NCBI GenBank assembly: GCA_016214785.1
Contig: JACRNV010000028.1
Span: 67,445 to 131,444, forward strand
Length of the DNA: 64,000 nt
Source: Methanobacteriota archaeon
GTDB lineage: Archaea; Thermoplasmatota; Thermoplasmata; SG8-5; JACRNV01
Direction: 5' to 3'
Both the position numbers and the translations under genes were made by a program. Position 1 is the stretch's first letter. Each line of letters opens with the position of its first letter. A model generated the notes under the pieces. That model did no database searches and was not told the DNA's origin. It worked only from the letters and a program-made list of their open reading frames with translations. Shown here piece by piece: positions 39,001 to 48,511 of this stretch.

Positions 39001-39783
39001 TTATAACCCATCCCTCCTGATGATGCTTAGCGTCTCGAAGTAGTCGTGCAGCAGTGTCTCCGACATTCGCGACGTATATGCAACGATGGTGTCCACGTAA
39101 TCTCCCCCCCCCTCCAGGAATTGCTCGGGGTGAAGCGATATCTGGACCGGGAATTTTTTTATGCCCTTGATGAATTCATAAGGTTCTTTGCCCCTATACG
39201 GATGCAGGAAGGGATCTATGCGCATTGAATCGCTGAGGTAACGCTCGTCTGAGAAAATCTCCTTCGCGTATGCGTTGAGGTATCCATCAAACATCGGGTA
39301 GTCCCCATGGACGGAGGGATTGTGCAATGCGATAGAGGTTATCGGCGCACCTATGACTCTCTCTAGGATCGCGCATTCGTCCCGGACGGCTTGATCGAGT
39401 CTGGCTTTGGACACATTTCCGTATATCGAGGGATCGAAATGCAGCCCTATCTCGAATCCGTCGCCGGACATCTCCCTCAGCATCCGTCTCAGCCGTGCGG
39501 ACTGCGGATTGTATGTATGGGACGTGGTGAGCACGAAGAATGTCGAGCGGATGCCTAGCTTTTTCTGTATCTTTGTGAATTTATCTGACGGGTAAAGGTC
39601 GAGGTCCACATCCTGCCTGAGGAGGATACACCTTCCATTGTGCTTTTTGCAGTCCCTCAGGGGCACGACTGGCGCGACATCCATGGTGCACCGGAGGAAT
39701 CTTTCGAGTTCGTCGAACGAAAATTTTACCCCCCATGCATCCTTTTGCGGCGTCTTTCTCATCGTTGCACGACCATCCTGCAT
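39001..39783 (-). CDS. putative carbohydrate esterase / polysaccharide deacetylase-like protein
   Basis: Weak NodB-like features (DVDLD, HTY, LHNPSVHGD); sits between the N-acyltransferase and glycosyltransferase genes; assignment uncertain. Confidence 0.35.
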   Translation of the reverse strand: MQDGRATMRKTPQKDAWGVKFSFDELERFLRCTMDVAPVVPLRDCKKHNGRCILLRQDVDLDLYPSDKFTKIQKKLGIRSTFFVLTTSHTYNPQSARLRRMLREMSGDGFEIGLHFDPSIYGNVSKARLDQAVRDECAILERVIGAPITSIALHNPSVHGDYPMFDGYLNAYAKEIFSDERYLSDSMRIDPFLHPYRGKEPYEFIKGIKKFPVQISLHPEQFLEGGGDYVDTIVAYTSRMSETLLHDYFETLSIIRRDGL

Positions 39784-39812
39784 TTCTACAGCCTCCTATG
39801 GACTCAGGATAT

Positions 39813-40931
39813 TTATGGCTTTCTGCATATGGCCATTTTCCCGTAAATCCGCTCGAACTCGCCCATGTTCTTCTCCCAATCGCCTATCCTGAGAGCGAGC
39901 TCCCTGCTCGCCTTTCCGAAACGCTGTCTCGCCTCGGCATCTGCGGCCAGTCCCAGCATCTTCACAGCAAGGTCCCTCGGTTTGTCAGCATCGAATATAT
40001 ACCCATTGACGCCGTTTTGGACAGCCTCCTCTATACCGTGCCTGCTAGCCAAGAGGACTGGTAGGCCAGTGCTCAATGCCTCCATAACACTGGCGCCTAT
40101 CCCTATTCCGGCTTTATCGATGTGCACAGTGTCTAAATATATGTCCGAGCTTGAAAGGTATTTTGGCACCTCGTCGTGAGGAATCTTCCCAGTGAACATC
40201 AGCATGTCTTCTACCCCGGTTTCGGTAGCTAGCGCGTCCAGCCTCTCCTTTTCTGGACCTCCGCCGATTATTACGATCTTCATATCATTTCTCGCAGCCT
40301 TTATATGCGGAATCGATTCGATGAGAGCTGGAATGCCCCATGTGGGGACGAGCGATGCCACCATCGTGACGATGACCCCGTCTTCCCTGCCCAGCAGCTT
40401 GCGCCTAAGGTCATCGGAGCGCGCCGAAGGCGAGAAGCGTCGGGTGTCGACGCCCCATGGCTGGACAAAGGTCTTCTCGGGGGGGCAGCCGAGCTCGATC
40501 AGCCTGGCCTTTCCAGCACAGTCGCCGGTGTGGACGAGGTCTGATCCCCGTATGACATCTTTCGTGATCCCCCCCACGATCGAATCGTCCTTTACCCACG
40601 CAATATCGCTGCCCCAAGCGCTGACGATGAAAGGGCGGGCCCCGGACTTCAATCCCCAGTACCCGTACGAGAAGATGAAATGCGCATGCAAGATATCGGG
40701 CGTCATTTCCCGGATCAGCTTCTTAGATTGCCTTATTCTGATATAGAGATTGACTGCTCTCGCCAGGATATTCGGCTTTCCGATGTTCTCCTTGACAGGG
40801 TGTAAGGCGACCCCCTCGATCTTCGCGGGCTTGTCGGTGATGACGTGCACCTCGTGCCCCCTCTGGGCGAATGACCGGGCCCACCTCTGCAGGTGGATCG
40901 ACTGTGCGTCCCCTATATAGCAGATTCTCAT
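39813..40931 (-). CDS. GT4-family glycosyltransferase (GT-B fold)
   Basis: N-terminal sugar-acceptor domain, C-terminal Glycos_transf_1-like block with E-x7-E-like region (GIEEAVQNGVNGYIFD); start at the ATG 40931. Confidence 0.8.
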   Translation of the reverse strand: MRICYIGDAQSIHLQRWARSFAQRGHEVHVITDKPAKIEGVALHPVKENIGKPNILARAVNLYIRIRQSKKLIREMTPDILHAHFIFSYGYWGLKSGARPFIVSAWGSDIAWVKDDSIVGGITKDVIRGSDLVHTGDCAGKARLIELGCPPEKTFVQPWGVDTRRFSPSARSDDLRRKLLGREDGVIVTMVASLVPTWGIPALIESIPHIKAARNDMKIVIIGGGPEKERLDALATETGVEDMLMFTGKIPHDEVPKYLSSSDIYLDTVHIDKAGIGIGASVMEALSTGLPVLLASRHGIEEAVQNGVNGYIFDADKPRDLAVKMLGLAADAEARQRFGKASRELALRIGDWEKNMGEFERIYGKMAICRKP

Positions 40932-41050
40932 CGTGCGCTCTCCGGCGGTTACGAGTATGCGGGCATGGTATATAAACATCCCCGCCCCACGCTTGACGCA
41001 CCCCCACCTTTCAAATACTAGCTTTCAGATACGCGCACGAGGCGTTCACA

Positions 41051-42160
41051 ATGCCAAAGACCACAGTGTCAGTCATCAAGGCGGACGTCGGCGGATGGGC
41101 CGGCCACTCGACCGTGCACCCCGCGCTCATAGAGGCGGGCAACAAGGTACTCGGCAAGGGGGCGGAGAAGGGCATAATCACCGACTACTACGTCACGCAC
41201 GTCGGCGACGACCTCGAGCTCATCATGTCCCACACTAAAGGCACGGACAACAAAAAGGTCCACGAGCTCGCGTGGAGCGTCTTCGAGGAAGGCACCCGCG
41301 TCGCCAAGGAACTGAAGCTCTACGGCGCGGGGCAGGACATGCTCGCAGACGCCTTCTCCGGCAACGTCAAGGGCCTCGGGCCCGGTGTCGCGGAGATGGA
41401 GTTCACCGAGCGCAAGGGGGAGCCCGTAGTCGTAATAATGATGGACAAGACGGAGCCGGGCGCGTTCAACCTGCCCGTCTTCAGGATGTTCGCCGACCCG
41501 TTCAACACCGCCGGGCTCGTCATCGACCCGACGATGCACGACGGCTTCGTGTTCGAGGTATGGGACATAGAGGAGCACAGGAAGGTCTTCCTCAGGACGC
41601 CCGAGGAAGTCTACGACCTTCTGGCGCTCATAGGCGCGAAGTCGCGGTTCGTCATCAAGAGGGTATTCCCGAAGAAGGGGAAGCTCCCCGAGGACGAGCC
41701 CGCCGCCGTGGTGTCCACCGAGAAGCTCTACCAGATCGCCGGCGAGTACGTGGGCAAGGACGACCCCGTCGGCATAGTCAGGGCGCAGTCCGGCCTCCCG
41801 GCGCTGGGAGAGGTCATCGAGCCGTTCGCGTTCCCGTACCTGGTCTCGGGCTGGATGCGCGGCAGCCACAACGGCCCGCTGATGCCAGTAGGCCTGTGCA
41901 ACGCCAAGTGCTCGCGCTTCGACGGCCCGCCGCGCGCCGTCGCCCTCGGCTTCCAGGTGGCCAATGCGAACCTGGGCCAGCCGCTCGACCTCTTCGACGA
42001 CCCGGCGTACGACGGGGCGCGCAAGCAGGCAACCAAGATCGCGGACTACATGCGCAGGCACGGCCCGTTCGAGCCCCACAGGCTTCCGCTCGCGGACATG
42101 GAGTACACCACCCTCCCGAAGGTCATGGTCAAGCTCAGGGACAGGTTCAAAAAGGTGTAG
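41051..42160 (+). CDS. fbp: fructose-1,6-bisphosphate aldolase/phosphatase (class V FBPase)
   Basis: N-terminus MPKTTVSVIKADVGGWAGHSTVHP is diagnostic of the archaeal bifunctional FBP aldolase/phosphatase family; 369 aa. Confidence 0.9.
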   Translation: MPKTTVSVIKADVGGWAGHSTVHPALIEAGNKVLGKGAEKGIITDYYVTHVGDDLELIMSHTKGTDNKKVHELAWSVFEEGTRVAKELKLYGAGQDMLADAFSGNVKGLGPGVAEMEFTERKGEPVVVIMMDKTEPGAFNLPVFRMFADPFNTAGLVIDPTMHDGFVFEVWDIEEHRKVFLRTPEEVYDLLALIGAKSRFVIKRVFPKKGKLPEDEPAAVVSTEKLYQIAGEYVGKDDPVGIVRAQSGLPALGEVIEPFAFPYLVSGWMRGSHNGPLMPVGLCNAKCSRFDGPPRAVALGFQVANANLGQPLDLFDDPAYDGARKQATKIADYMRRHGPFEPHRLPLADMEYTTLPKVMVKLRDRFKKV

Positions 42161-42161
42161 G

Positions 42162-42830
42162 ATGCGCAGCCCGATTGTGGTCGTGAATTTCAAGACCTAC
42201 CCGGAGGTCTGCGGCGCCAGGGGCTTGGAGATCGCCAGGAAGATAGACGAGGCGATGCGCGAGACCAAAGGCTCCGCGGTCATCGCTCCCCAGCAGACGG
42301 ACCTCGCGCTCATCGCAAGGGAGGCCAAGGTCCCCGTCTTCGCCCAGCACCTGGACAATGCCGTGCAGGGCTCCACCACCGGGTACGTTACACCTGAGGG
42401 AGTGAAGGCCGCCGGCTGCGTCGGGACGCTGCTCAACCATTCCGAGCACAGGATACGCGGCGACGAGCTCGAGCTGATAGTCGAGCGCTGCAGGAAGGCG
42501 GGGCTGAAGACCATCGTCTGCTCGAATACCGTCGCCGTCTGCAAGGCGTGCACGCACTTCGCCCCCGACTTCATTGCCATCGAGCCCCCGGAGCTCATCG
42601 GCGGCGACCTCTCGGTCACGAGCGCGGACCCGAAGATAGTGGAGAGCGCCGTGGAGGCCGTGAAGGGCATAGATCCGAAGGTCAAAGTCCTGTGCGGCGC
42701 CGGGGTGAAGACCGGGACGGACGTGAAGAAGGCCATAGAACTGGGCGCAGACGGCGTGCTGCTGGCGTCGGGCATCGTTAAGGCCAAGGACCCGAAGGCG
42801 GTCATGATCGAGATGCTGAGGGCGCTGTAA
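42162..42830 (+). CDS. tpiA: triosephosphate isomerase (archaeal short type)
   Basis: VVVNFKTY...NHSEHR...AIEPPELIGG catalytic motifs; 222 aa; ATG 2 nt after the fbp stop. Confidence 0.9.
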   Translation: MRSPIVVVNFKTYPEVCGARGLEIARKIDEAMRETKGSAVIAPQQTDLALIAREAKVPVFAQHLDNAVQGSTTGYVTPEGVKAAGCVGTLLNHSEHRIRGDELELIVERCRKAGLKTIVCSNTVAVCKACTHFAPDFIAIEPPELIGGDLSVTSADPKIVESAVEAVKGIDPKVKVLCGAGVKTGTDVKKAIELGADGVLLASGIVKAKDPKAVMIEMLRAL

Positions 42831-43086
42831 CAAGGGGGATTCCTTCGGAAACCCCTCTTGCTCCCCTGAAGGGATTTAACCGCAATCGTTTCAATATCCA
42901 TTTCTCGTGATGAGATATTTGAGACGATTGAGCGCCATCTCCTTTCGCGCGTTCTGGACGAATCCGTTTTATATTGCCGTCGAACAGCCATTCGCGCGCA
43001 TCCGTCCTGCGCTCTTTACCAATCTGGCCATGTCATCAAGACCGCGGTCGGGTGTTTGCCAGCTTTCCGCTCTCGTTTGAGGTGGG

Positions 43087-43344
43087 TTATTTCATCTTTC
43101 TCTCAATTATAGATGCGAGGCCGGAGATCGTTAAGAAATCCGTTTTCCTGAAGTCTCCATCGGAGAAGCGGATGCGGAACTCCTGCTCGACGTCGGAGAT
43201 GAGCGCGATGAACGCGAACGAGTCGAGCAAGCCGCGCTCTATGTAGTTTGTGTCGGGTTTGATATTATCCTGGTCGATCTTGGCATGTCCGGCGAACCAG
43301 GCCAGCAGCCAGCTCCTTGGGTCAGCTTTCATGTTCGGTCTCAT
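43087..43344 (-). CDS. acyl/peptidyl carrier protein (phosphopantetheine-attachment domain)
   Basis: About 80 aa with GLLDSFAFIALISDVEQEF, i.e. (D/G)xDS phosphopantetheinylation site plus helix; overlaps the 3' end of the ligase gene. Confidence 0.6.
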   Translation of the reverse strand: MRPNMKADPRSWLLAWFAGHAKIDQDNIKPDTNYIERGLLDSFAFIALISDVEQEFRIRFSDGDFRKTDFLTISGLASIIERKMK

Positions 43345-44929
43345 CCTCCTTCGACCTCGCTGGGAGTTCCGGAAGCGCCCCTTCCAGCAACAGGCGCCTC
43401 AGCTCCTTCTTGTTGATTTTCCCGGTGACGCTCCGGGGCAGCTCGTCCGATGAGAAAATGCTTTCCGGTATCTTGAACGGCGCAAGGTGAGACTTGCAGT
43501 GCTTTAACAGCTCTTCCTTGTCGAGGCCAGCGCCGCCGTTGACGACCGCCACCACCTGCTCGCCCGCATGCCTGTCCGGCATGCCGACGACGGCTACCGC
43601 ACTGATGCCGGGGTGCCTCGCTATGACATCCTCGATCTCCTTCGGGCTGATGTTTATCCCTCCCCTGATGATCAAATCCTTCTTCCGGTCGGTGACGAAG
43701 AGGTAGCCGTCCCGATCGAGGTACCCCATGTCCCCGGTCCTGAACCATCCGTCCCGAGTGAACGCCCCCTTTTCGTCCATTTTGTAATACCCTTTCATCA
43801 AATACGACGAGCGCACCACGATCTCCCCGGTCTCGCATGCCCCGCGCTCGTGGCCCGCGTCGTCCAGGATTCGGACGGAGCAGCCGGGCACGACCTTTCC
43901 GACCCCCCTGGGCTCTCCGATGCCAGGATGGTTCGTGGAGATGAAGAAGGTCTCGGATAGCCCGTAGTTCTCGTAGAGCTCGACATGGTATCGCTCCTCG
44001 AACGACTTCTTCAATTGCTCGGGAAGAGGCGCGGTGCCTATGAGGACCTTTTCAACATGCTCCCTCGAATATTCGCTGCCGACCTTGGAACGGTCTATCG
44101 ACAGCAGTATCGAGGCGATGGAGGGGACCAGCCAAATGGCGTTGATTCCGTGCTTGATTGCCATGTCCCAGAAACTGATGGCCACGCGCGGGCTGAAGGT
44201 CTCCTGCAGGACTATGCTCCCCTCGGCGATGAAGGGGATTAGCATCAGGTTGTAGAAGCCGCCGAGGTATGCGAGGTCGAGGTAGGCGAAGAAGCGGTGC
44301 CGGGACTCCAGCTGGAGAAGGCCGGCGAACATCTTGCCGTTGCCGATGATCTCCTTGTACCTTATCTGCACCCCCTTGGGCCGGTTGGTCGTGCCGGACG
44401 TGAACACTATTATTATCGTGTCGCCGTCTTCGACGATGCCGAGCGGGCCATCCGGCAGCGGGGCGTGTGCGGAGACAGCCCTCAGCCAATCACCGGCCTT
44501 CGGGCTCTCCGCCTCACTGCCAGGGATGATGGTGACGATGCCGAGGCCCAAAGACCGTAGCTGGCGCGCGGCCTCTTCGAATCTCGAGGAGATGAAGAGG
44601 CATTTCGCCTCCGCGTTTGATATGATGTACTTCATCTCGTCCGTATGCAGCCGCTGGTTGACAGGCACCGGGATCACGCCCGTGTGCATGCATGCGAAGT
44701 AGATGACGATGTACTCGATGCAGTTCGGCATGATGATGGAGATTCTGTCCCCCTTCCGGAGGCCCAGTTCGCGCAGCATCCCGGCGGCCCGAAGCGAGAG
44801 GTCCTCCAGCTCGCCGTACGTGAATTCCCTCCTCCCGAGCGTATCCACTATGAAGACCCGGCTCCTGTTCCTTTCGAAGACACTCTTTATGGCCAGTACC
44901 ATCTCGCGGGACGCATCATGGGGGTTCAC
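43322..44929 (-). CDS. AMP-dependent synthetase/ligase (acyl-CoA or acyl-carrier-protein ligase, ANL superfamily)
   Basis: AMP-binding motif FTSGTTNRPKGV, YGLSET, hinge DRKKDLIIRGGINISPKEIE, C-terminal catalytic K (VTGKINK). Confidence 0.85.
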   Translation of the reverse strand: MNPHDASREMVLAIKSVFERNRSRVFIVDTLGRREFTYGELEDLSLRAAGMLRELGLRKGDRISIIMPNCIEYIVIYFACMHTGVIPVPVNQRLHTDEMKYIISNAEAKCLFISSRFEEAARQLRSLGLGIVTIIPGSEAESPKAGDWLRAVSAHAPLPDGPLGIVEDGDTIIIVFTSGTTNRPKGVQIRYKEIIGNGKMFAGLLQLESRHRFFAYLDLAYLGGFYNLMLIPFIAEGSIVLQETFSPRVAISFWDMAIKHGINAIWLVPSIASILLSIDRSKVGSEYSREHVEKVLIGTAPLPEQLKKSFEERYHVELYENYGLSETFFISTNHPGIGEPRGVGKVVPGCSVRILDDAGHERGACETGEIVVRSSYLMKGYYKMDEKGAFTRDGWFRTGDMGYLDRDGYLFVTDRKKDLIIRGGINISPKEIEDVIARHPGISAVAVVGMPDRHAGEQVVAVVNGGAGLDKEELLKHCKSHLAPFKIPESIFSSDELPRSVTGKINKKELRRLLLEGALPELPARSKEDETEHES

Positions 44930-45908
44930 AAAGCCTCCCCTCCTCCATGACCGTCAGGCCGTCCACCACGACGGTGGGGTTTCTGATGACCAGGTCCAGG
45001 TGGAAGGCGACATCGTTCTCCCCCCCTATAGTCGCATTGGAGCCGAAGCCGAAATGGACCGTGCCCATGCATCCCTCGTCCTCCAGCATGCGGCCGCACA
45101 GCTTGGCCTGCGGATTGAGGCCGATGCCGAACTCCGCGAGGATCAGCCTTCTCTCGTCGCCTCCGGCCCGGAGAAGCGTGTCGAGGGCCCGTCCCTGCTC
45201 CGTCCCCGTGTCCACTGTGCGGATATTCCCCGCTTTCACTTCCACCCTTATGGCCTCGCTCACGAGCCCGATCTCCCTGCAGGGAATGCTTCCATCCACG
45301 ACGATGGTGCCGCGGCTCTTCTCCTCCAGCGGGGCGATGTTGGTCTCGATGTCGGGCGGCGAGCCAAGCATCCCCGGCTCGGAAGTGTATCCAGGGCAGA
45401 AATTCGCCGTGCGGCCCGCTATGTTCAATTCGAGGTCTGTGCCCATCAAGGTGCGCACCCGCACGGTCTTCCCATTGTCCAGGATATCCCTGAGCTTGCC
45501 AGCGACGCCGGAGAAAGAGGCGTAGTCCACCGTCAGGGCCGGGCTCGCGAGCTGCTCTAGGCTGTAATCGGGGAGGCTGAGGTACCGGGCGCCACGGTCG
45601 GTGGCCCGCTTCCGGGCCTTTGTGTGCGCCATCGAGAACGCTGTCAAACAGAATATTACATCCGCCTTTAGCATGGCGTCGGCGACCTCCCTGGGGGGCT
45701 CCTGGCCATGCATCTTCGCGCCCCCCACTGCTTTGAACTGCACTTTGGAGCTCGTGGCCTTCGCGGCCTCTATGACATATCGGGCTACGTCTTCCGTGGA
45801 GGCGTCGGATATGACAAGAAGCGTCTCGCCATCCCTGGCCCGCCCGCACTCCCTCACGAGGACTGCAGCCCCTTTCTTAAACGCCTTTGTGTCGATGCCC
45901 ATGTCCAA
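44916..45908 (-). CDS. M29 aminopeptidase-like protein (short paralog of AmpS)
   Basis: Blocks LAEFGIGLNPQAK and MGTVHFGFGSNA parallel LGEVAIGTNPG / TIHMALGNG of the 495-1598 aminopeptidase; 330 aa. Confidence 0.55.
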   Translation of the reverse strand: MDMGIDTKAFKKGAAVLVRECGRARDGETLLVISDASTEDVARYVIEAAKATSSKVQFKAVGGAKMHGQEPPREVADAMLKADVIFCLTAFSMAHTKARKRATDRGARYLSLPDYSLEQLASPALTVDYASFSGVAGKLRDILDNGKTVRVRTLMGTDLELNIAGRTANFCPGYTSEPGMLGSPPDIETNIAPLEEKSRGTIVVDGSIPCREIGLVSEAIRVEVKAGNIRTVDTGTEQGRALDTLLRAGGDERRLILAEFGIGLNPQAKLCGRMLEDEGCMGTVHFGFGSNATIGGENDVAFHLDLVIRNPTVVVDGLTVMEEGRLCEPP

Positions 45909-45935
45909 CCCTCGCGACGATAATTGATAGGATAG

Positions 45936-46670
45936 TTAAACCTTGCGCCCGCCGCGCTCGATCTCCTTCAAAAACGCTCTGAACTTGTCGCGGAGCTCCA
46001 CCGGCAGAAGCTCGGTGTCGAAGTACTTCTTCAGGCAGACCGTGTCGTAAGTGCTCCACTTCTTCGTGTCGACGCAGTGGTGCCAGATGTCCTCCTGGAG
46101 CTCGATGAAGTCTAGCTTCCTGAGGAACTCCCTGTTGATGTTCTCGGAGGAGATGATGACAACACCACCGTCATCGCAGATGGCGATGGCGTTTTCGTAC
46201 TTCTTCTTCCATTCACTGACTATCTTAGTGGCGAGGGGCTTTTCGTGCTGCTCGTTGAAGTAGCCGATGGGTGATACCCCCTTGCACCAGACGGGGAAGT
46301 TCTCCTTTATCAGCCGGTGGGCGTCCCTCATGTACCCGTTCACTACCACGGCGCTGACGTCCTTGTATAGGATAAGGTATTTCGTAACCAGCTCACCGAA
46401 GGCCGCGCGCTTGCCGCAATTGTACGACTCCACGACGACGATGTCCCCCTCTTTCACGCCCTCTATCTGCTCGTGGATGGCCCAGTTGCTGGCATCGTAT
46501 CCATATGCGAGGAAGACGCGCCCCACCCTGAAATGCCCCTTGTTTATCGGTGCGATGTCGGGGATCGCGCCGGTCTTCCCGAGGCAGTCCGCCACCTCGG
46601 TCGTCGATATCTTGTTCTTGCTTACCTTCTTGATTATCTCCCTCATTACCGCATTGCGCTTTTTATCCAT
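45936..46670 (-). CDS. RraA-family protein (RraA / 4-hydroxy-4-methyl-2-oxoglutarate aldolase-like fold)
   Basis: Pattern GDIVVVESYNCGKRAAFGELVTKY...AVVVNGYMRDAHRL resembles the RraA/MenG-like swivelling beta/beta/alpha fold. Confidence 0.55.
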   Translation of the reverse strand: MDKKRNAVMREIIKKVSKNKISTTEVADCLGKTGAIPDIAPINKGHFRVGRVFLAYGYDASNWAIHEQIEGVKEGDIVVVESYNCGKRAAFGELVTKYLILYKDVSAVVVNGYMRDAHRLIKENFPVWCKGVSPIGYFNEQHEKPLATKIVSEWKKKYENAIAICDDGGVVIISSENINREFLRKLDFIELQEDIWHHCVDTKKWSTYDTVCLKKYFDTELLPVELRDKFRAFLKEIERGGRKV

Positions 46671-46674
46671 GGAT

Positions 46675-47058
46675 TCACCCGACCCTTTGGGCTATCGCCA
46701 GAGCGACCGCGTAGTTAAATGTATGGGAAAGGCTCACCTTCACGACCAGGTCTTTCCCCGCACCCTTTGCGAGCTGGACTCTCGGGGCGCCCCTCTCGCT
46801 CAGTATCTCTATCACTCCATGGGCGAGCGCTTGGCCCGTGAGATCGCCCACGGCCTTTATAACGGCCTCCTTCCCGGCGAACCTGGCGGCGAGGTGCTCC
46901 GCCCGGCGCTCCTTCGAGTAACAGTAGTCGAGCTCCTTGCTCGTGAAGACCTTGGCCAGGAATGCATCGTCGCGCTCCCGGTCCAGGCAGTAGAATCTGC
47001 TCACTTCTTCAATATCGATGCCTATCCCCAAGCTCCCCAGATTCGCTGGTGTGTGCAT
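46675..47058 (-). CDS. acpS: holo-[acyl-carrier-protein] synthase (4'-phosphopantetheinyl transferase, AcpS type)
   Basis: GIGIDIEEVSRF ... HLAARFAGKEAVIKA are the AcpS Mg-binding and catalytic motifs; 127 aa. Confidence 0.75.
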   Translation of the reverse strand: MHTPANLGSLGIGIDIEEVSRFYCLDRERDDAFLAKVFTSKELDYCYSKERRAEHLAARFAGKEAVIKAVGDLTGQALAHGVIEILSERGAPRVQLAKGAGKDLVVKVSLSHTFNYAVALAIAQRVG

Positions 47059-47437
47059 ACATGCCCCCTTATCGCTTGAGGGGATTTATCCCTTTCCATC
47101 CCGGGACGTTGAAAAGGGTCGAATTGGCGGCCCGGGAATCCAATTGGGCGATTCAGGCAAACGCCCCCACCAGATCGCCCTGGACGGGACGTTTATCAGC
47201 ACGTTTTCGGACGACCAAAAGGCAGGCCGCAACACCGACGCACCCGAGCGTGCGCCCTGGGTTGGGCCGCCTCTCCTTCCCGGCCAATATACCATCTCTT
47301 TCTTCATCCCATAGGGCAGATCGCATCGGTTTCTCAGCGTTACCATCGCCTCCCATTGTTGTACCATGGTCCCGGCAGAGATGCACCTTCCCCGGCCACT
47401 TCGATACAATTTAATATTCGTTGTATTATCTGCCGAC

Positions 47438-48508
47438 ATGGTACCCAAGTCGCAGGTTCTGAAGCACCTTTCCGAGTACGACGCGAAGTCGCTGACCATC
47501 GCGACGGTCTGCTCCCATTCCAGCCTCCAGATATTCGACGGCGCGCGCCGCGAGGGGTTCAAGACGCTCGGCATCTCCATCGGCAAGCCGCCCAAGTTCT
47601 ACGACGCCTTCCCGCGCGCCAAGCCCGACGAGTTCTTCCAGGTCGATAAGTATTCTGACATCACAGACAGGGCGAGAGAGCTCAGAGAGCGCAATTGCAT
47701 CCTCGTGCCGCACGGCTCGTTCGTGGAGTACCTGGGCTCGAAGAGGTTCCAGGAGATAGACGTCCCGACCTTCGGGAACCGGGCGGTGCTGGACTGGGAA
47801 TCGGACCGCATGATCCAGAGGGACTGGCTCTCGTCCGCCGGAGTGCGCATGCCGCACTTCATAGACAAGCCGGAGAACATCGACCGCCCGGTGATGGTCA
47901 AGTACCACGGCGCGAAGGGAGGCAGGGGGTTCTTCATCGCCAAGGACATCCACGAGTTCAAGCTCGGCATAGACCACACGCAGAAGTACCACATCCAGGA
48001 GTACATCCTCGGGACGAGGTACTACCTGCACTACTTCTACTCGCCCATAACCGAGGGTGGCTACCGCCTCTCGAAGGGATCGCTGGAGCTCATGGGCATA
48101 GACCGCAGGGACGAGTCCAACGTCGACGAGATGTACAAGCTAGGCGCGCAGGAGGAGCTGAAGAAGCTCGACATCTACCCCACGTTCGTGGTCACCGGCA
48201 ACGTCCCGGTCGTCCTCAGGGAATCGCTCCTGCCGAAGGTACTGGAGATGGGGGAGCGCGTGGTCGAGCGCTCCCTGGAGCTCTTCGGCGGGATGCTCGG
48301 GCCCTTTTGCCTGGAGACGATAGTCACTGACAAGCTGGAGTTCGTCGTCTTCGAGATATCGGCGCGCATCGTCGCCGGAACGAACGTCCACATCGCCGGC
48401 TCGCCCTACAGCGAGCTCATCGAGCCCAACCTCTCCACTGGCCGGAGGATAGCGAAGGAAGTCAAGGCGGCGCTGGCGCTGGGCAAGCTGAATGAGATAC
48501 TGAGCTAG
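47438..48508 (+). CDS. purP: 5-formaminoimidazole-4-carboxamide ribonucleotide synthetase (PurP, ATP-grasp)
   Basis: Archaeal PurP pattern (TIATVCSHSSLQIFDGAR...KYHGAKGGRGFFIAKD...); about 356 aa. Confidence 0.85.
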   Translation: MVPKSQVLKHLSEYDAKSLTIATVCSHSSLQIFDGARREGFKTLGISIGKPPKFYDAFPRAKPDEFFQVDKYSDITDRARELRERNCILVPHGSFVEYLGSKRFQEIDVPTFGNRAVLDWESDRMIQRDWLSSAGVRMPHFIDKPENIDRPVMVKYHGAKGGRGFFIAKDIHEFKLGIDHTQKYHIQEYILGTRYYLHYFYSPITEGGYRLSKGSLELMGIDRRDESNVDEMYKLGAQEELKKLDIYPTFVVTGNVPVVLRESLLPKVLEMGERVVERSLELFGGMLGPFCLETIVTDKLEFVVFEISARIVAGTNVHIAGSPYSELIEPNLSTGRRIAKEVKAALALGKLNEILS

Positions 48509-48511
48509 GGC

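Noticed and set aside
41069-42193. 374-aa minus-strand ORF antisense to fbp, and 304-aa alternate-frame ORF 41272-42186
   Set aside because: The fbp sense frame carries the diagnostic FBP aldolase/phosphatase N-terminus. The others are frame artefacts.
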